This document shows, piece after piece, positions 49,071 through 62,944 of a stretch of 64,000 nt of DNA. The notes under the pieces were generated by a model. That model was not told where the DNA came from and did not search any database. It was given only the letters and a program-made list of their open reading frames with translations. Location: the NCBI GenBank assembly GCA_010015585.1, contig ML975161.1. One strand, 5' to 3'. Made by a program: the position numbers and the translations under genes. The DNA is from Eremomyces bilateralis CBS 781.70 (lineage: Eukaryota). Position 1 is the stretch's first letter, and the number at the start of each line of letters is the position of its first letter.

Positions 49071-49961
49071 TTTGATGTAAGATAGTCAAGAATTTTGATA
49101 TTTATAGCTAGGATCCCCATGGGCCATCAATACTCTTCAGTTCTTTAGTTACTCCTTTCCATTAGATGAGCCTTGGGCAAAATGGAAATTTTCCATATCC
49201 AATTCTACGAACTTGTACGTACTGACACCAAGCTGGTGGCGTGGTCGAATACCCGAGCGACTACAACTTCTACATGACCCTTCACCTTGCTTCCCAAGAG
49301 CAGTTCTAATGAACCAGTGTTAATACTGATCAGAAGCCCAGAAATGTTGCACCCGAGTTTATCAAGATTCCCTATTTCCATTCTCCTCGCCTCCCGGCCC
49401 CCGGACTCCTCTTCGGTCTTCCCTTCCCCGCATCGGGTAGAGCTTGTAAGTTGTAGCCTGTAGGATTTAGGAACTAAGAACTGCCATGTGCAGCTGGCGC
49501 CCTAGTCTCCCGCTCTCCCCGCAATCTCCTTTCCGATCTCCCCTTTCTCCAGACTCCCATAACCAATATCTCTCATCCAAAACCCGTGCAATTCCCGCTC
49601 CTTTCATCCCCGTCCATCTCTGCTTCCCATTCTTCCGTTGCACTGCATAATCTTTCTTATTCCCGGCCACTGCTCACTCCCCGTCCCATCGGCCCGGTAT
49701 CGTTACCCATCTTTCGGTGTTCGCCTGCCCCAAATCGCCTGTCGATCGGCCCGAGCGACGCCTCCCAGTCTGTTGTCTGCATAGGTAGCGTTGCATTGGT
49801 GTCGACATCACCATCGTATGAATCCGGGGTAAGGGTCCAGACTTCGAACTCGATTTGACCGCCGCAATGCGCCATTCGTGTGAAAGCTGCTACCGATACC
49901 GATAATGATCTGCGACGTCTGATGATGCATCTCGTCGACATTTAACTCTTGCGCCGAGACC

Positions 49962-52753
49962 ATGAGTTCCCCAGGGACTCTCGACCCTGCAGGTCCGCTG
50001 CAGTCGCGTCTACCCGACAATCACGCGCATGGCATACCGGCATCGACGAGATCTCTAGAGGACGGTGATGATACTCGCTCGGAAGGACATTTCGATCGCG
50101 ATGGAGACCCGTCGCTTCGGCCACCGAAGAAGAGGCAGAAAAGAAATAAACCCACTTTAAGTTGCGCGGAATGCGTCGAGCGCAAGACGAAGGTAATGAT
50201 TCTTCGCGTTTTTATATGCTCGCGCGATTATGTATGCGTTTTCTGGAAAATCTCTTGTCTCTCAAGTAAAATACTTTGTCGTCCATTTGTCTTTTGATTC
50301 TATGTTGATGAAGTGGATGGAATCTGAGAATATATCAGCACATGTAGTTCTTCGCAGCAAACCATCCTGCACCTATGCGGAGTTCTTTTCCGACCAGCCC
50401 CTAAGGGGGATTCTGTTAAATTTATAGAACTGGCTGACAATACATCGCATAGTGTGATCGAGGCCGCCCAAGATGCATCTCGTGTTTGAAAAGGCAGACA
50501 GAATGTACTTATTCTGCGCGCGCTGAACTCATCTATTCTGTCAGGTTCGTTGATCCTTCCTCACCAAGTCCATCTTTAACAATTCGACCATCTAGCGTTC
50601 CATCAACCAAGATCAAATCTCGTAGAGAAAGCGATGATGCCGGAAATGGCCTTTCCAATGTTAGTGCACACGTTCTTCATAATAGTATATCACTAAATGA
50701 TTGCCAGCTTCCACTCCCACCCCATTCAGGTACGCCACGTCGCCGACATGACTCCATCTCCAATCCGCCAGCGTCGTCAGCATTCCTACTATCGCATATT
50801 CCGTACTCCAAACCGAGCCCGTCCGATGTCTTCGGTGTTGGTAAAGAGCATCCCTTCGCCAACTACTGGACCTGTCAAGGTGGTCTTCCCGAGGTAATCG
50901 GCATCCTTCCGAAGAAAGACCAAGCCGACATTCTCGTGGCGAAATACTTCGAGTGCGTCGATCCGGTCTACCCGATGCTCAATCAACAATCCTTCCTCCA
51001 AGATTACGAGAACTTCTGGCAGCTTCAGATCCAAGATAAATACAAGGCGGATCCAGGCCTCGTCGCCCTCCAACTCATCATATACGCGATGGGAACGCAA
51101 TTCTTCCCGAAAACATGCGCGACGGCAGACGGCACCCAGCAGGCCCAAATGGCGGAATTCTACGTGTCGGCCGCCCATCAAGCGTTGCGCATTTTTGCCT
51201 ACCTCAGCAGAGTCAACCTGAGCTCCATCCAAGCGATGATCCTGATTTGCTATTTCTTGATGAACGACAACAAGGCTTCCGATGCGTGGGCTTTTGGTGG
51301 AGTTCTAATTCGACAGGCGTACGCCCTAGGATTGAACCGTTGCCCGGACATTATCGTTCCCGATGCCACGCCAGAGGAAAAGCAGCAACGGAGGAAAGTC
51401 TGGCAGGCAGTCTTCGTTCAGGATACCTTCCTGACCATTCTGCTAAGTCTTCCACCAACCTCAACTTTCAGTGACTGCACCGTTGATTCGTTGACCGAGG
51501 ATCCTGAACCCGCAACGCTGTCGCATAATATGTCGGAGCACCCATCTCCAGCGTTGAATGGATTATCCAACACCCGGACCCTCATGAGCATCTCGAATGT
51601 TGTTGGCTCAATTATCAACTCTCCTAATGTCCTTGGGCCAAACACCTTCCACAACCCGCCCAACGTCTTGCACACCAGCACTCTGCTGAACGACTCAAAT
51701 TCCCCTACCAGTGTCTCGACGTCACAAAGCCAAACCCCTCTTAACTTGATCTCAACACGTGGAGATGTTCGCTACACCCGTACTATGTGGCATCTGGCGA
51801 ATCTCGTGCAGCGAACCATTTGCTACCCTAGGGCACTCTCCCAACCGGCGACAACGACCCCCGCTTCGAAACGGGGCTTGGTTGCAAATTACCAAAGCCT
51901 CTACCGGGAATTTCCACATATGCTCACCGAAACCCAACGGGGATGGACTGCCCAGCTCGTCCAAAACGGCGAATACCGAACCGCCCGACAGTCCCTCTTC
52001 CTCCGCAGCAACTACTGGCACAGCCTGATGCTCATCCACGCCGATGAAGGCACTCCAGTCCCCCCCGCCCATTCCTCCACCTCCACAGCCACCACGCGCA
52101 ACGTCCGTTCCAGCAGCGCAACCAGCAACAACAGCGCGTCCAGCAAGCCGAACAGCCGCCACGACAGCGCCATCTCGCACATCCCCACCATCGATGCCCG
52201 CGCTGCCGTCGACGCCGCCCGAACCGCCATCGCCACCTTCTTCGATCTCTGGCAATGGTTCGAGACCGAAGCCGGCGTATGGTGGGTGTTCCAGCACCGC
52301 GCCTACGAGGAAGCGCTCATGATCTGCCGTCTCCTCGCAGCCTATGGCTCGCAGTTCCCCCCCATCTCCGTCTCCGTCTCCGAACCCCCGAACAACGCCT
52401 CCACCCCCGTCGCCCCCTCCTTCCCCGCCCCCACCTCCTCTCGCACTCTCCCCTACCCCCACCCCTCCACCCCGCCATACCCCCCCTCCGGCCCCGGCTC
52501 CTATGTCGGCAGCCCGCCCGCTCCGCCGTTCTCTCCGCCCGTACAGCACCCCGCCGTCGCGTACCCCGCCCCGCCGACCCGCCTGTCGGAGTCGCCCCGG
52601 TTGGAACCCGACCCGCTGTTCATCGCGGCGAAGGCCGACGTGGCGCGCATGCTCGAAATCTTGGAGCAGGTTGGAACGAGCGCACCGGAGCTGCAGAAGA
52701 CGAGGCGAGAGATTTTGTGTCAGGCCTGCGAGGCGGTGGGGGATGGGCTATGA
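49962..52753 (+). CDS. Zn(II)2Cys6 transcription factor with fungal-specific TF domain
   Basis: CAECVERKTK, intron 50192-50452, then CDRGRPRCISCLKRQTEC; NLS PPKKRQKR; YFECVDPVYPML, AYALGLNR, QRRKVWQ. Further short introns likely near 50545-50710. Confidence 0.9.
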
Positions 52754-53123
52754 TCGGGGTATCTTGAGTCCACACTTAAACCAGCGGTGGTGGATGCTAT
52801 TACCGTTTTGAACGTGGTTGGGGAAGAGGAGTCGTGTCGCGACCACAATATAGCCGTCATGCACGCGCAAAATAGTTGCCACACATCAACAGACATGGTG
52901 AAGTTTTTCAAATGAGATAATATGATCGGTATCATACATTGGCCAGATAGACCTCAACTCCGGAAACTGAATGATTCCTCCACTACAAGTGTCGACCACT
53001 GATTTTCGCCGTGCACTATCGTGTCTCCGCATCCCGACACCAGCTATGACTCCCCTAACGCCGTCAACACTAAAGGACATCTCGACCTCGTATCATTTCA
53101 CCCGCGCATCCCACCGCCCCCGC

Positions 53124-55655
53124 CTACAACTCAAACCCCCGCCATCCTTCCGACGCCTCCGGTGGCGCCAAGCTCGACTTCCCCTTCTTCGTCACCGCCA
53201 ATCGCCCGATTCCACCCGGCTTCCCCGGCCCTGTCTCCAACGCCTCTTTCACCATCTTCGCCGCCTCCACCACCTGATCCACCGCGGGTTGCGTCTGCGT
53301 CGCCGTCCCACCCACCGCCCCCCCATTCATCGCCCCCGTCCCATCCATGCCCGCCACAGGGCTCACCAGGGTTAGCGCCTTCGCGAACGTCTCCTCCACC
53401 TCGCGCATGCGCTGCATGAACGCCAGCCGCTCGAGGAACAGCTCCTGCCGCTTGCGCTCCACGTCGCGCTTCTCCGACGTCACCCACCCCTCCAGCTCGT
53501 CGAACTGCTGCAGCTTGAGCTCCAGCTTCTGCAGCTGGATGTTGGTTGCCGCCGACACGAGGTGCGTGAGCTTGCGCTCTTCGTGCGAGGCGAGGCCGCC
53601 CGAGCGGCCGGCAGCAAGGGCGAAAGGCATGGTGGTGATGGGGTTGCCGAGGTCGGGTTGGGGCTGGGAGGGGGCTTTGCTTGAAGCAACGACGTCGCTG
53701 GGTTCGGCGGTATCAACTTCCATCGCGTCTTCGTGTTTGACGGTGTCCACGCCAGATGCTTCGGCTGAGGGTTCGCCAGCGGGTGCTTTCTCTTTGCTAG
53801 TACCTTCTTCAGCAGGTTTGTCGCCCTTCTCAAGTCGCGACAGAAGTGTTCGCTTCATCTCCTCCACGCTTCGGTGAGCGGCGGCGGCGGTGACGTTGGG
53901 GTTGGCGAGAGAGGCGAGGAAGCCGAGGACGGACATGATGGGATTGTCGCTTTGGGTGAAGGGGATCCGGCTCGCATTGTTGTAGTACGCGACGGACGCT
54001 GGCCCGGCGGCCGGAGCCTGGTTGTTGGCGCCATTTTCGGACACGCCCAATTCGGCATCCAGATACTGGTCTTCGATCTCAAGTTGCAGGAACTTGAGAA
54101 TGCACTCTTCGCGGGACCGGGTGGTGACGTGGTCCGCGACGCGGTTCCAGTCGTCGTCAAACATCTCCAGAGCTTCGAGGAGAAGGAGCAGCTCCGAGTC
54201 AGTCCAAGGAGCATCTCGGTCGGGGATAGTCGAGTATCGGGGGTTCTCGAGCTTGGTGTAATCAGACGCAAGGCAGGCTTGAGGGTACTTCTTCTCTTTG
54301 AAGCAAGTAGTGCAGAGGTCGTGTTTGGTTTCGCTCGACGGCTTGCCCTGCGCCGGTACAGGAGTTCCCTTCGCATAGTGGAACCGGACTCGGGTGCAAT
54401 CCGTACCGCACTGCATGCAATGGAATGTCTTGCCCGGATCGTTCAGCAGTTCCTCAAGCTCTTTGGCTGAGAGCGGCCGCTGATCCGCTGCTCCGTTGGT
54501 CGCATTTGCATCACCATTCGCGCCACCATTCAAGCTTGCCGGTGTCACATCCTTTCCGCTCGACTCGTAGATGTTTCGGCGAACCTGGAGGTTAAGATCG
54601 GCTTTGGTGGGAGGCGCCGCGTTCGCTAATCGCTCCGTTGGAGGATATGGCTTTCCTTGTGTAACGACGGAACCTGGCGCGGGTTGGTGAGGCTGCAAAC
54701 CTCGAGGTGTATCAGCCGTGATTTTGAAGTGTCCTGTGAATGGTGGTTGGATGTTCGATGGGCGAGCATCGGGATCAACCTATTTTCAAAGTAAGTATGA
54801 ACCTCATAGTTCCGGTAGCGGGCTACAAACCTGATAATTAATCAAACCCCATTGCTCAAGAAACGCGTGCACTCGCATGATGGCGCAGACATCGCCCGCA
54901 AGATTCCGACGGCACGCGGTGACCGTGAGGTATTCCGCTGGATTCAGACGATATGTGTTGATCATGAAGTCGCGATAATCCTTATACACAGCCGGCGTTT
55001 TGCTGCGATTGCGGCTATTAAAGAACTCGGGGAGAGCTTTCTTCTCGATCGCGTTGATATCGTGTAAATCGAACCAGGTGCTGTAGCTCGGGAGGATGAT
55101 GGCGTGTGTTTGCGCAATCAGGTGTGATCTCGCCGATGCTTCGATCGTGGTTTTCGCTTGCGCCTGGGCATCTTCGTTCGTTCCATCACCCTCCGTCGTT
55201 CCATTCGCATCGGCTTTCTTGTCGCCCTCAGTCCCACCCATTTCTTCGTCCTCATCCGCCTCTCCTTCATCGGCCTCGGGTCTGGGTGCGGGAGGCGCAT
55301 CTAACGGATTATCCGACACTTCAGCGGGAGGCCCTTCTGTTGAGTCTTCTCGAGGCGGTTTCACTGCAGCGGGAGCATCATCGTCACCCTCCATCTTCGT
55401 GTCTAAATCGGTGTTAGCTTAAGCCCTCCACACTGCGAAGTATGCGCCAACGACAGATGGGCAACGACGCTTGTAAGTTTATGATCACTTCATCACCAAT
55501 TCGAAGCCAATAAACGGTCATAAAAAAGGCAATCACTTACCCGTCGTAGATTCTGGTTGGGCTTGCGATGGCGAAGATGGTTCACCAACTGCAGTGACAC
55601 CAGTCTCCTCCGACTGAGTCGGATTCGCAGTTGCTGCAACTGATTCATCCGCCAT
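53124..55655 (-). CDS. RSC8: RSC/SWI-SNF complex subunit Rsc8/Swi3 (SWIRM, zinc finger, SANT, coiled coil)
   Basis: [70 protein letters not shown] 55655 with two introns. Confidence 0.93.
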
Positions 55656-56142
55656 GTTGACTTTTTGTGCGTTTCAGAAGGCTAACCGTTACGGTGGATT
55701 GCGCTCACTTGAACGATGGAACGAATGTACTGAAGAGAGGGAGGTGATGGCCGGCTCCGATGTGAACTGCGACAGTCTACAGCGCGGTACTCGTACCAGT
55801 GACGGTCCGCGACGCACCGGAATCGATGAAGAGAACTGGGAATGTGCTTAAAGAGTCACGCTGAAGATGGAGATACGGACTTCAAAGGTCGCGTCGATGA
55901 ACAGCCGTGATCCCTAAACTTCAGATTCGCGAGTCGCGCTGAAAATACGCTAGTCTCGATTAGATATATTCACGTGACTGGGGTGGCTAATCGTCCGAAG
56001 TCCAACCGAGCCCGAGGTCACGGGTTCCTCCGGTCCGATCTCAGGACTCTCCGGTCATTTGGGGAATTGAGCCACTTTCTCCTGCAAGTTCATTTAGACG
56101 AGACCTGTGGAAGAGGTCGACTGGAGGAACAAGCAAATCACA

Positions 56143-57234
56143 ATGTTGTTGTCAATAGCCTCGCGGCATGCCCGTACCAGATTACGCATCCAAGCCCCCT
56201 CCGCCGTGCCCCTCCATTCCGTAATCGCTCGCTTCCTGTCGAGTTTGGCCATCCTGGAGCAACGAGATGGGAAGTTGAATCCGTCGTCGTTATCGGCGGT
56301 GGCTGCTGCTCAGAAGCTGGGAGGTACCGTCACAGCATTCGTGGCTGGCAACGGCGTCAAATCCGTCGCCGACGAAGCGGGCAAAGTCCAGGGCATTGCG
56401 AAGGTCGTCTATGTGGATAGCAGCGCATACGATCGGGTATGGCAATTGTTCGATATCTAGTTGAGCTGTGGCTGATTGATTGAACCTCAGGGCTTACCCG
56501 AGAACTACGCTCCTCTCCTGGTCGAGAACATCAAGAAAGATGGCTTCACCCACGTCATCGCCGGCCACTCCGCGTTCGGCAAGAATCTCCTCCCTCGCGT
56601 CGCCGCCCTCCTAGACAAGCAGATGCTCTCCGACGTCACGGGCATCGAAGGCGATGATATCTTCGTGCGCCCGATCTACGCCGGCAACGCCGTCCTCAAA
56701 ACCCAATCCACCGAATCCATCAAGCTCTTCACCGTCCGCGGCGCCGCCTTCCCAGCGCCAGAGACCATCGGCGGCTCGGCTGAAGTCGTCGAGGGCGTCG
56801 ATCCGAAGGTGGAGTCACAGACGGAGTGGGTTTCGGAGAACCTCACCAAATCCGAGCGACCGGACCTCGTGTCGGCTAACCGGGTCGTCTCCGGTGGTCG
56901 TGGCCTGAAGTCGAAGGAGGAATTCGAGCGGCTTATCCCCGCGCTGGCGGACGCGCTTGGCGCGGCGGTTGGCGCGTCGAGGGCGGCCGTGGACAGTGGC
57001 TTCGCGGACAACAGTCTGCAGGTCGGGCAGACGGGCAAGAACGTCGCCCCGCAGCTTTACCTGTGTGCGGGGATTTCGGGTGCCATCCAGCATCTCAGCG
57101 GTATGAAAGACTCGAAAGTCATTGCTGCGATCAATAAGGACCCCGAGGCGCCGATTTTCCAAGTCGCTGATGTCGGCTTGGTGAGCGATCTTTTCGAATC
57201 GGTGCCCGAGCTGACGGAAAAGCTCAAGGCTTAG
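56143..57234 (+). CDS. ETFA: Electron transfer flavoprotein alpha subunit, mitochondrial
   Basis: Presequence, [48 protein letters not shown]; intron 56437-56490. Confidence 0.96.
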
Positions 57235-57546
57235 GTAGCTTATAGAATATATATGTACAAAGTTCATTTGGCTTCAACCATTGCTCAGGACGGACGTGAC
57301 TAGGATTGTTATTGCTCGAGACATATCCGCCTATTTGGAACAATATTCGATGTAATTGCACTAGATGCATAATACATCGCTGGATGACTGGCTGTTCCCG
57401 GCTAATTTGATTCATGATATCGATTCTTTCTTAATCCTCTGAGTCTACTATCAAGAGAGCACTACTCCATTATTTTCACTCGTGATTGTGGACTTGCCAC
57501 ACCATACCATCCCTCCTGTAACCAACAAAAATTGATGCATGTCCAT

Positions 57547-59499
57547 TTACACGCTTTCGGCTCGCTTCTTATCAAACACCTCTGTATGAGTGGCATGTCC
57601 CGTAGCTTCCTCAAAATCGTGGTCGTGCGCAACGTCGAACTTCCGATTCTTGTACTCTGGCCCCGCCAAGGTCGCAATAATCTGGTACGCGTAGACGCAG
57701 CCCATGAAGATGCAGATGACTTTTCCATAGTCGTACCGCTTCGTGTCGCCCTGTGTTTTACCATGTTAGTGGAACTTCGAGGGTCTAAGATTCGATGAGA
57801 TTACCTTGGGCGGAAGGGGAAAGCGCTCCCCGATTGTAGATTCGATTGTAGAGCTCGCACTTGAGACCAAACTTCCGAGTTGGTAGCTGTCGAGCATGTC
57901 AGTTGAGCGCTGGGAATAGAAAGGTGGGGGGGATAGAGATGGGTCACATACGAGGTACCAACGACGAATGTTCGGAAACTGCCAGGGGAAAGTTCCATGA
58001 GATGGATCTAAAATTGACAGTTAGTAATGGAAAAGCCAGATTTAGAAGTTTCGTGATGAAGACGGGGAAAACATGGATCTTCCGTCCCATAAGGGACATC
58101 TTTGTTTCACTGAATATGCAGTCAAAAAATTCGTGACTTACAGGGACAACACCCCAGATACCTTGCACACAAAACTGCTCAAAGAAAGCCGCTGCGATAA
58201 TGCCGTTATTCGAGACGAAGGTATATGGATACACGAGTGCGCCGCCAATGACACAGAAGAAGATGATGGAAAATCGCCGGCCAAAGATTTGTGAGCCGTA
58301 TCCGACCATCGTTCCGCCAGTGATGGCACCAAGATTGGCGACCACCTGCGTCACGGTCACTTTGTCGGAGGAGAAACCGTACTGGTTCTCCAGCAAGGTC
58401 GGATAGAGGTCCTGGGAGCCATGGGCCTGCACACTATCAGCACTATCCACTCGAGGGAGCTTGGTCAACGTACCAAGAAGTTGAGACCGGTCGTAAGGGT
58501 GATCAGGTAGAGCAGAAGAAGCCAGTGATTCTTTAGCGCCACCTTGCCCTCCGCGATGAAGGTCTTGCTAATGTTGTCGCTGGCTTCTCTCACCGCCCGC
58601 CGTTCCAGATATGCATTGGTCTCGGGAAGGCACAATCGGAATGCAATGATGAGCACAGGCGGTCCCGCGCCGAACCAGTAGAGCTATGTGATGTCAGATA
58701 AATGATCCCCACGGTATTCAAGTTGCACTGACCGGTCTCCATCCATGGCCTACAGTGTTGACGAATGCTCGTGCAAATACCGTCGCCAACAAATACCCGA
58801 ATGCATACTAGATGTGAATTAGCATAAATGCGTAAAAGGGTTGCGGACATCGACTTACGCCTTGCTGCAGCATCCCGGAAATAATTCCTCTCGCTTCCTC
58901 TGGGCAGTCTTCCAATGCCGTGGCGGCTGCGTTTCCGTATAGACCTCCCATCGCAATACCGAAAAGGGCTCTCACCCCCAAAAATTGCTCGTAGGTGTTG
59001 CAGAAACCGGTCCCGAGCTCCAGCACAATGAACAAGATGTTGTTCACAACAAACTGTCGCCGCTCAGTCAGTCAAGGACAGCGTCAGTTATCAGACGGGA
59101 ACCTACCGGCCATTTTCGCCCGTAGCGATCGCTAGCAATACCAAAAATGATCGCACCAACGCTCCGGAGCATTAGCACGGTGGTAATTCCCCAGGTGATA
59201 TCCGTGTTGGTTTTCCCGAATTCTTTCGCGAGATCGTGGACTGTCAGGGAGACGGTGAAGAAGTCGAAAGCGTCCCATGTCCACCCAGCGAAACCCACCA
59301 AGAAGAACATCCATTGCTGTCTGTTCAGGAGCCCTAAGACGCGGATGGGATTCGGGGCTTTGTCCATCGGGGGAACTAACGTCGTGAAACGCGTCGCGAT
59401 GTATCGTCCAATGGACATGGACTGCGCCGGCGGCTCGTTGGTGTACTGCTGCTCCAGTCGCTCGTCCTGAGGACTGAGATCGCTGTGTTTCTCAGCCAT
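57547..59499 (-). CDS. JEN1: Jen1-family carboxylate/lactate:H+ symporter (MFS), multi-exon
   Basis: WDAFDFF, SDRYGRKWP, GIAMGGLYG, SGMLQQG and the spliced family signature NFLAHGSQDLYPT; ends KRAESV*. Confidence 0.93.
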
Positions 59500-61724
59500 G
59501 GCGACGAGAAGAATTCAAAGAGGGCCTCGTGATTGAGACGTTGAATCCTTGTTTCCAAGCTCTTGAAGCGGCGCAATCAAGTCCGCAATATATCGGCAAC
59601 TGATAGTAGTACAAGCGCACTCGGAAACAAAGTTGAAGCGTCTGGAATTTTGATCAGAGCATTGGGAGGGGGGATGGATTTTAAACAACATCAATGGGGA
59701 TTCTGCAACCTTCGGCTGTTGATCGCCAACTCGGCAGCTTCGCTCCAACTCTCCAACTTCCCCGGTTGTCTGCGCTAAAGTCCGAGTGTGTGATGCACGC
59801 TAAATGGTTCAGTTGTTAGCGGTTGGTGTAGCGTTGTGTCAACCGAACTAGTAGTCGACATTACATGTCAAGCATGAGTAGTTTAATTCTACTACGTACA
59901 CGCCTAATTAGTGCTTGAAGTGTGCGGGTTTAATGGATCTAGGGGTATCTTATGGTAAGTAATAAGTAGTTAGTAAGTTATTTCCGGAGATATTAGCCTC
60001 TACACCACTCCACTTCTCTAAAAGTCGCCAAACCTCGTCACCCTCCACTCGAAAACATTTCACTACTGCGGGTCTCGCGGTCCCTCTAAGCACATTGTGA
60101 TCGCCGATCCCCCAACGGGCTTTCTCTATACCCATCCGAAGCGGCAAAGGGGCCGGTAATAAAAGACTCCTAAGTCCAAACTGTCGTCAGTGTCGTCAGT
60201 GCCGTGTGAGTGGACGGACCTCACGGAGTTGGAGCATCATGGGGAAGGTTTAGGGCATCCATCACAATCTATGTGATGGCGGTAGCAGCATCGGCATCGC
60301 TCGCGGGTGGCAAATTCAGCCAATTACGACGATCAATGAGCGAAGCCGAGATGTAGATTCTGCAGGACAGCAGGGAAGAGGCTGGGAAATGGGATGGAGG
60401 CGGGACTGGGGAAGAGGGTGAACGCGCGGGGTGAACTAGCCCACCATTTGCTGTCCATCAGGGACTCGGGGACCAGGGTCGACTTGCTTCGACGACCAGT
60501 TCCGTTCGAGCGAGCGTCTATTAACTCTCCAGTATTCCCGTATTATCTCCGCATTTGCTTGGAACATTTGAATGAATGGGAGATGATAGCGCGTTGCGAA
60601 GCACCCCACAAACTCCACCTGGGGTTCTCCTATCCTCCTCATGACCAGTCCAGCGACACCAAGTGCACCGTTCACTCGACCTAAAAGAACCGAACCGTAT
60701 CAATATCATGATGTCGTATGCGAGGAAGATTTTAGTGAAGACGCTAGCAATCCCGAGTGACCGTTGTTCCACAAACCAGGCGCACTAGCGTATCTGGGCG
60801 TGTCTGGGCATGACTTAGCCCGCGACTTAACTCCCGTGCCGATGCTGGGCAAAGCCTTCATTCATCCACACTCCGCGGGATCAACAGGCAGGGACTCGGC
60901 AAACGACGCCAAACTACGCCAGTGGCGCCTTTTGAGAATAGCTTGGTCTGTTTGGTGATGTCCAAGAATTCTTGATCTGACCTCACATTAAATCTGATCG
61001 ACAGCAATTGGCCTGGATCACGACGAGCCATGCGGCATGACGAATGAGATGATGGCCAGAACGTTGCCTACGTCGTTGAGCACTTGGGATAGGGCTGTGG
61101 GATTGGATCGTCTAACTTCAATAACCTCCAGCTCTCACAAAGTCCACCATAGTTGATGGTTTACATACTTCCAGTCCATCTCGTGTCGTAACTCGAAGTG
61201 TGGTGATCTAAGCATCAAACCGACGGTTTTGTGATCTCCAAACATCACTGGGACCTTATCGATAGCCGAGTCCCCGAGCCCCTGGAATTGGACAGGGCGA
61301 ATCGGTTGCGGATAGCCTCCTGTCCATTTTCTCCTCGTCCTCCCCTCGGTCTGGCCTGTATGCTGTAACTGAGCCTTGTGGCTGTGCCTTGTGGCTGGTA
61401 TTTCAAGTACCTTCCAGCCTTCCACGGACCAAACCACTTCTTCACGTCCATCGCCTTCCCTTCCTGTTCTCAACTCACAAGGCTCATCGTCTTAGTTATG
61501 CCACATATGCTGTGACTTTTCGTTTTCCAGTGATTTTCCAGCTCACACCTGTAGCGTATGGTTTCATGCTATAAAGATGCTTGAGTTCACGCCAGCTGCT
61601 TTGATTCCTTTTAATGATGCTGCGTTGCCATGCAATTTTCTGCTCGGTTTCTCTCCTATGTAGTGTAGTTACTTCTCATCGACTTGGTTTGTTTCATCAT
61701 CCTGCGAATGTTCTTCACTCAAAT

Positions 61725-61800
61725 CATTTCCCTTTCACATTTCCCTTCCCATTTCCCTTCCCATTTCCCTTCCCATTTCCGTTCTCATTTCCCTTTCTCA
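61725..61800 (+). repeat. 12-bp tandem repeat (CATTTCCCTTCC), about 6 copies
   Basis: Directly visible: catttcccttcc repeated, with degenerate flanking units. Confidence 0.85.
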
Positions 61801-61949
61801 TGCCCCGATTTCCATCTCAAACCAGCACAGCATCATTCACAAAAGCATGGGAATGGCAATTGGGGGGTGCAGCTGACGATGCATTCGAGCTGAAGCGTTG
61901 GGGACTCCTTTTCGAACTATTGGAGAGGCCACTTGGTTGAGACTGCATT

Positions 61950-62238
61950 CATCCCAATCACTCCCAGGGTCCTCACCACCTCAACAATCCAAATAGGAGT
62001 GCTTGTCCCCTTTTTCAGCTTTCACGATCTCCCTTATTTCGTACGCTACAACATCCGCTCAAATTGCTCCTTCCAGGTCGGAGGAAGCGAGAGCAGAGAT
62101 CTTCTTCACCTGTCGCGCCTTTCCTAATTGCCAGTTGCATTCCATGGGCTCACTACCTGTGCCCTTCAGCTTGCGCAGAACTGCGCTCGATTTGTAGTGG
62201 TTGAGGTACTGACTGTCCGTGCTCAGCCCAAATTTCAT
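61950..62238 (-). pseudogene. Decayed gene remnant with a weak chromodomain-like segment
   Basis: Frame from ATG 62238 with two TGA stops; contains YEIREIVKAEKGDKHSYLDC*GGEDPGSDW. Confidence 0.3.
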
Positions 62239-62500
62239 GCAACCCTTTCAAAACGAGCCTCTTTCTGCTCGTCTGAACTCGCATTCCTTTCTCCACACTC
62301 TGTTGCAGCATCGTCTACTCGAGCTCATTGTTATGCAGAGGTTGTATAAGAGTCCCCCCGCCCCCAAAGCAGATTTATTAGACAAATTCGATCCTCATTC
62401 ACCCTGACTACAAGTCTCGTGACTCTCATGCTGTTGTGTGGCCGTACTAGGGCTCCTGGAGCTATGACCACCCTCCAAACCTTTGCGCCCTTTTCTCATC

Positions 62501-62825
62501 ACTCTACTGGATAGTCCTCACGATACACCGGTTCAACCGAACTTTGTGATGGAGCGATCCCTTTCCAATCCTCATGATAGGACCTCCCGTGGTTTCTCTC
62601 TGATTTCTTGTGACTCATTCCCTTACCGCAAACTCTACTGGATAGTCCTCCACGGTAGACTGGTTCGATCTCTCAGCTCGTGTATTCTCCTATCTCGCAA
62701 TCGAGCACGGCCACCCTTTTGCAGAATTTGCCGGCCAGTCCTCCATGATAGTATGGTTCAACCTCACTGTGTGATGAAGTTATTCCTTTTCCAGCCCCCA
62801 AGATCGGAGTGATCCGTGGATCTCG
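62501..62825 (+). repeat. Three diverged copies of a roughly 100-130-bp unit
   Basis: ACTCTACTGGATAGTCCTC is identical at 62501-62519 and 62632-62650; a third copy from about 62737 shares agtcctc...ggttcaacc...tgtgatg with the first. Confidence 0.75.
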
Positions 62826-62944
62826 TGTGATGCCAGAGCCCGACTGTCGAGGGTCAGCTCCCCCCTCGAACGTAAATACCAGTTCGTCCCCCGTTTCTTT
62901 CTTGACTTTCTTTCTTTTCCTTCATAGGCAACCGACTGAGCCTT

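Noticed and set aside
48478..49089. 203-aa minus-strand ORF
   Set aside because: It overlaps the tRNA-Ser gene and its terminator, has a non-ATG start and shows no protein-like motifs.
55970..55977. TCACGTGA E-box in the RSC8/ETF-alpha divergent promoter
   Set aside because: A plausible bHLH site, but one 8-mer is expected by chance in 64 kb.
59850..60020. RIP-mutated transposon relic (TpA-rich patch)
   Set aside because: Too short, with no recognisable element; it may be ordinary promoter DNA upstream of JEN1.
61614..61940. FP-repeat protein
   Set aside because: Translation artefact of the 12-bp tandem repeat.
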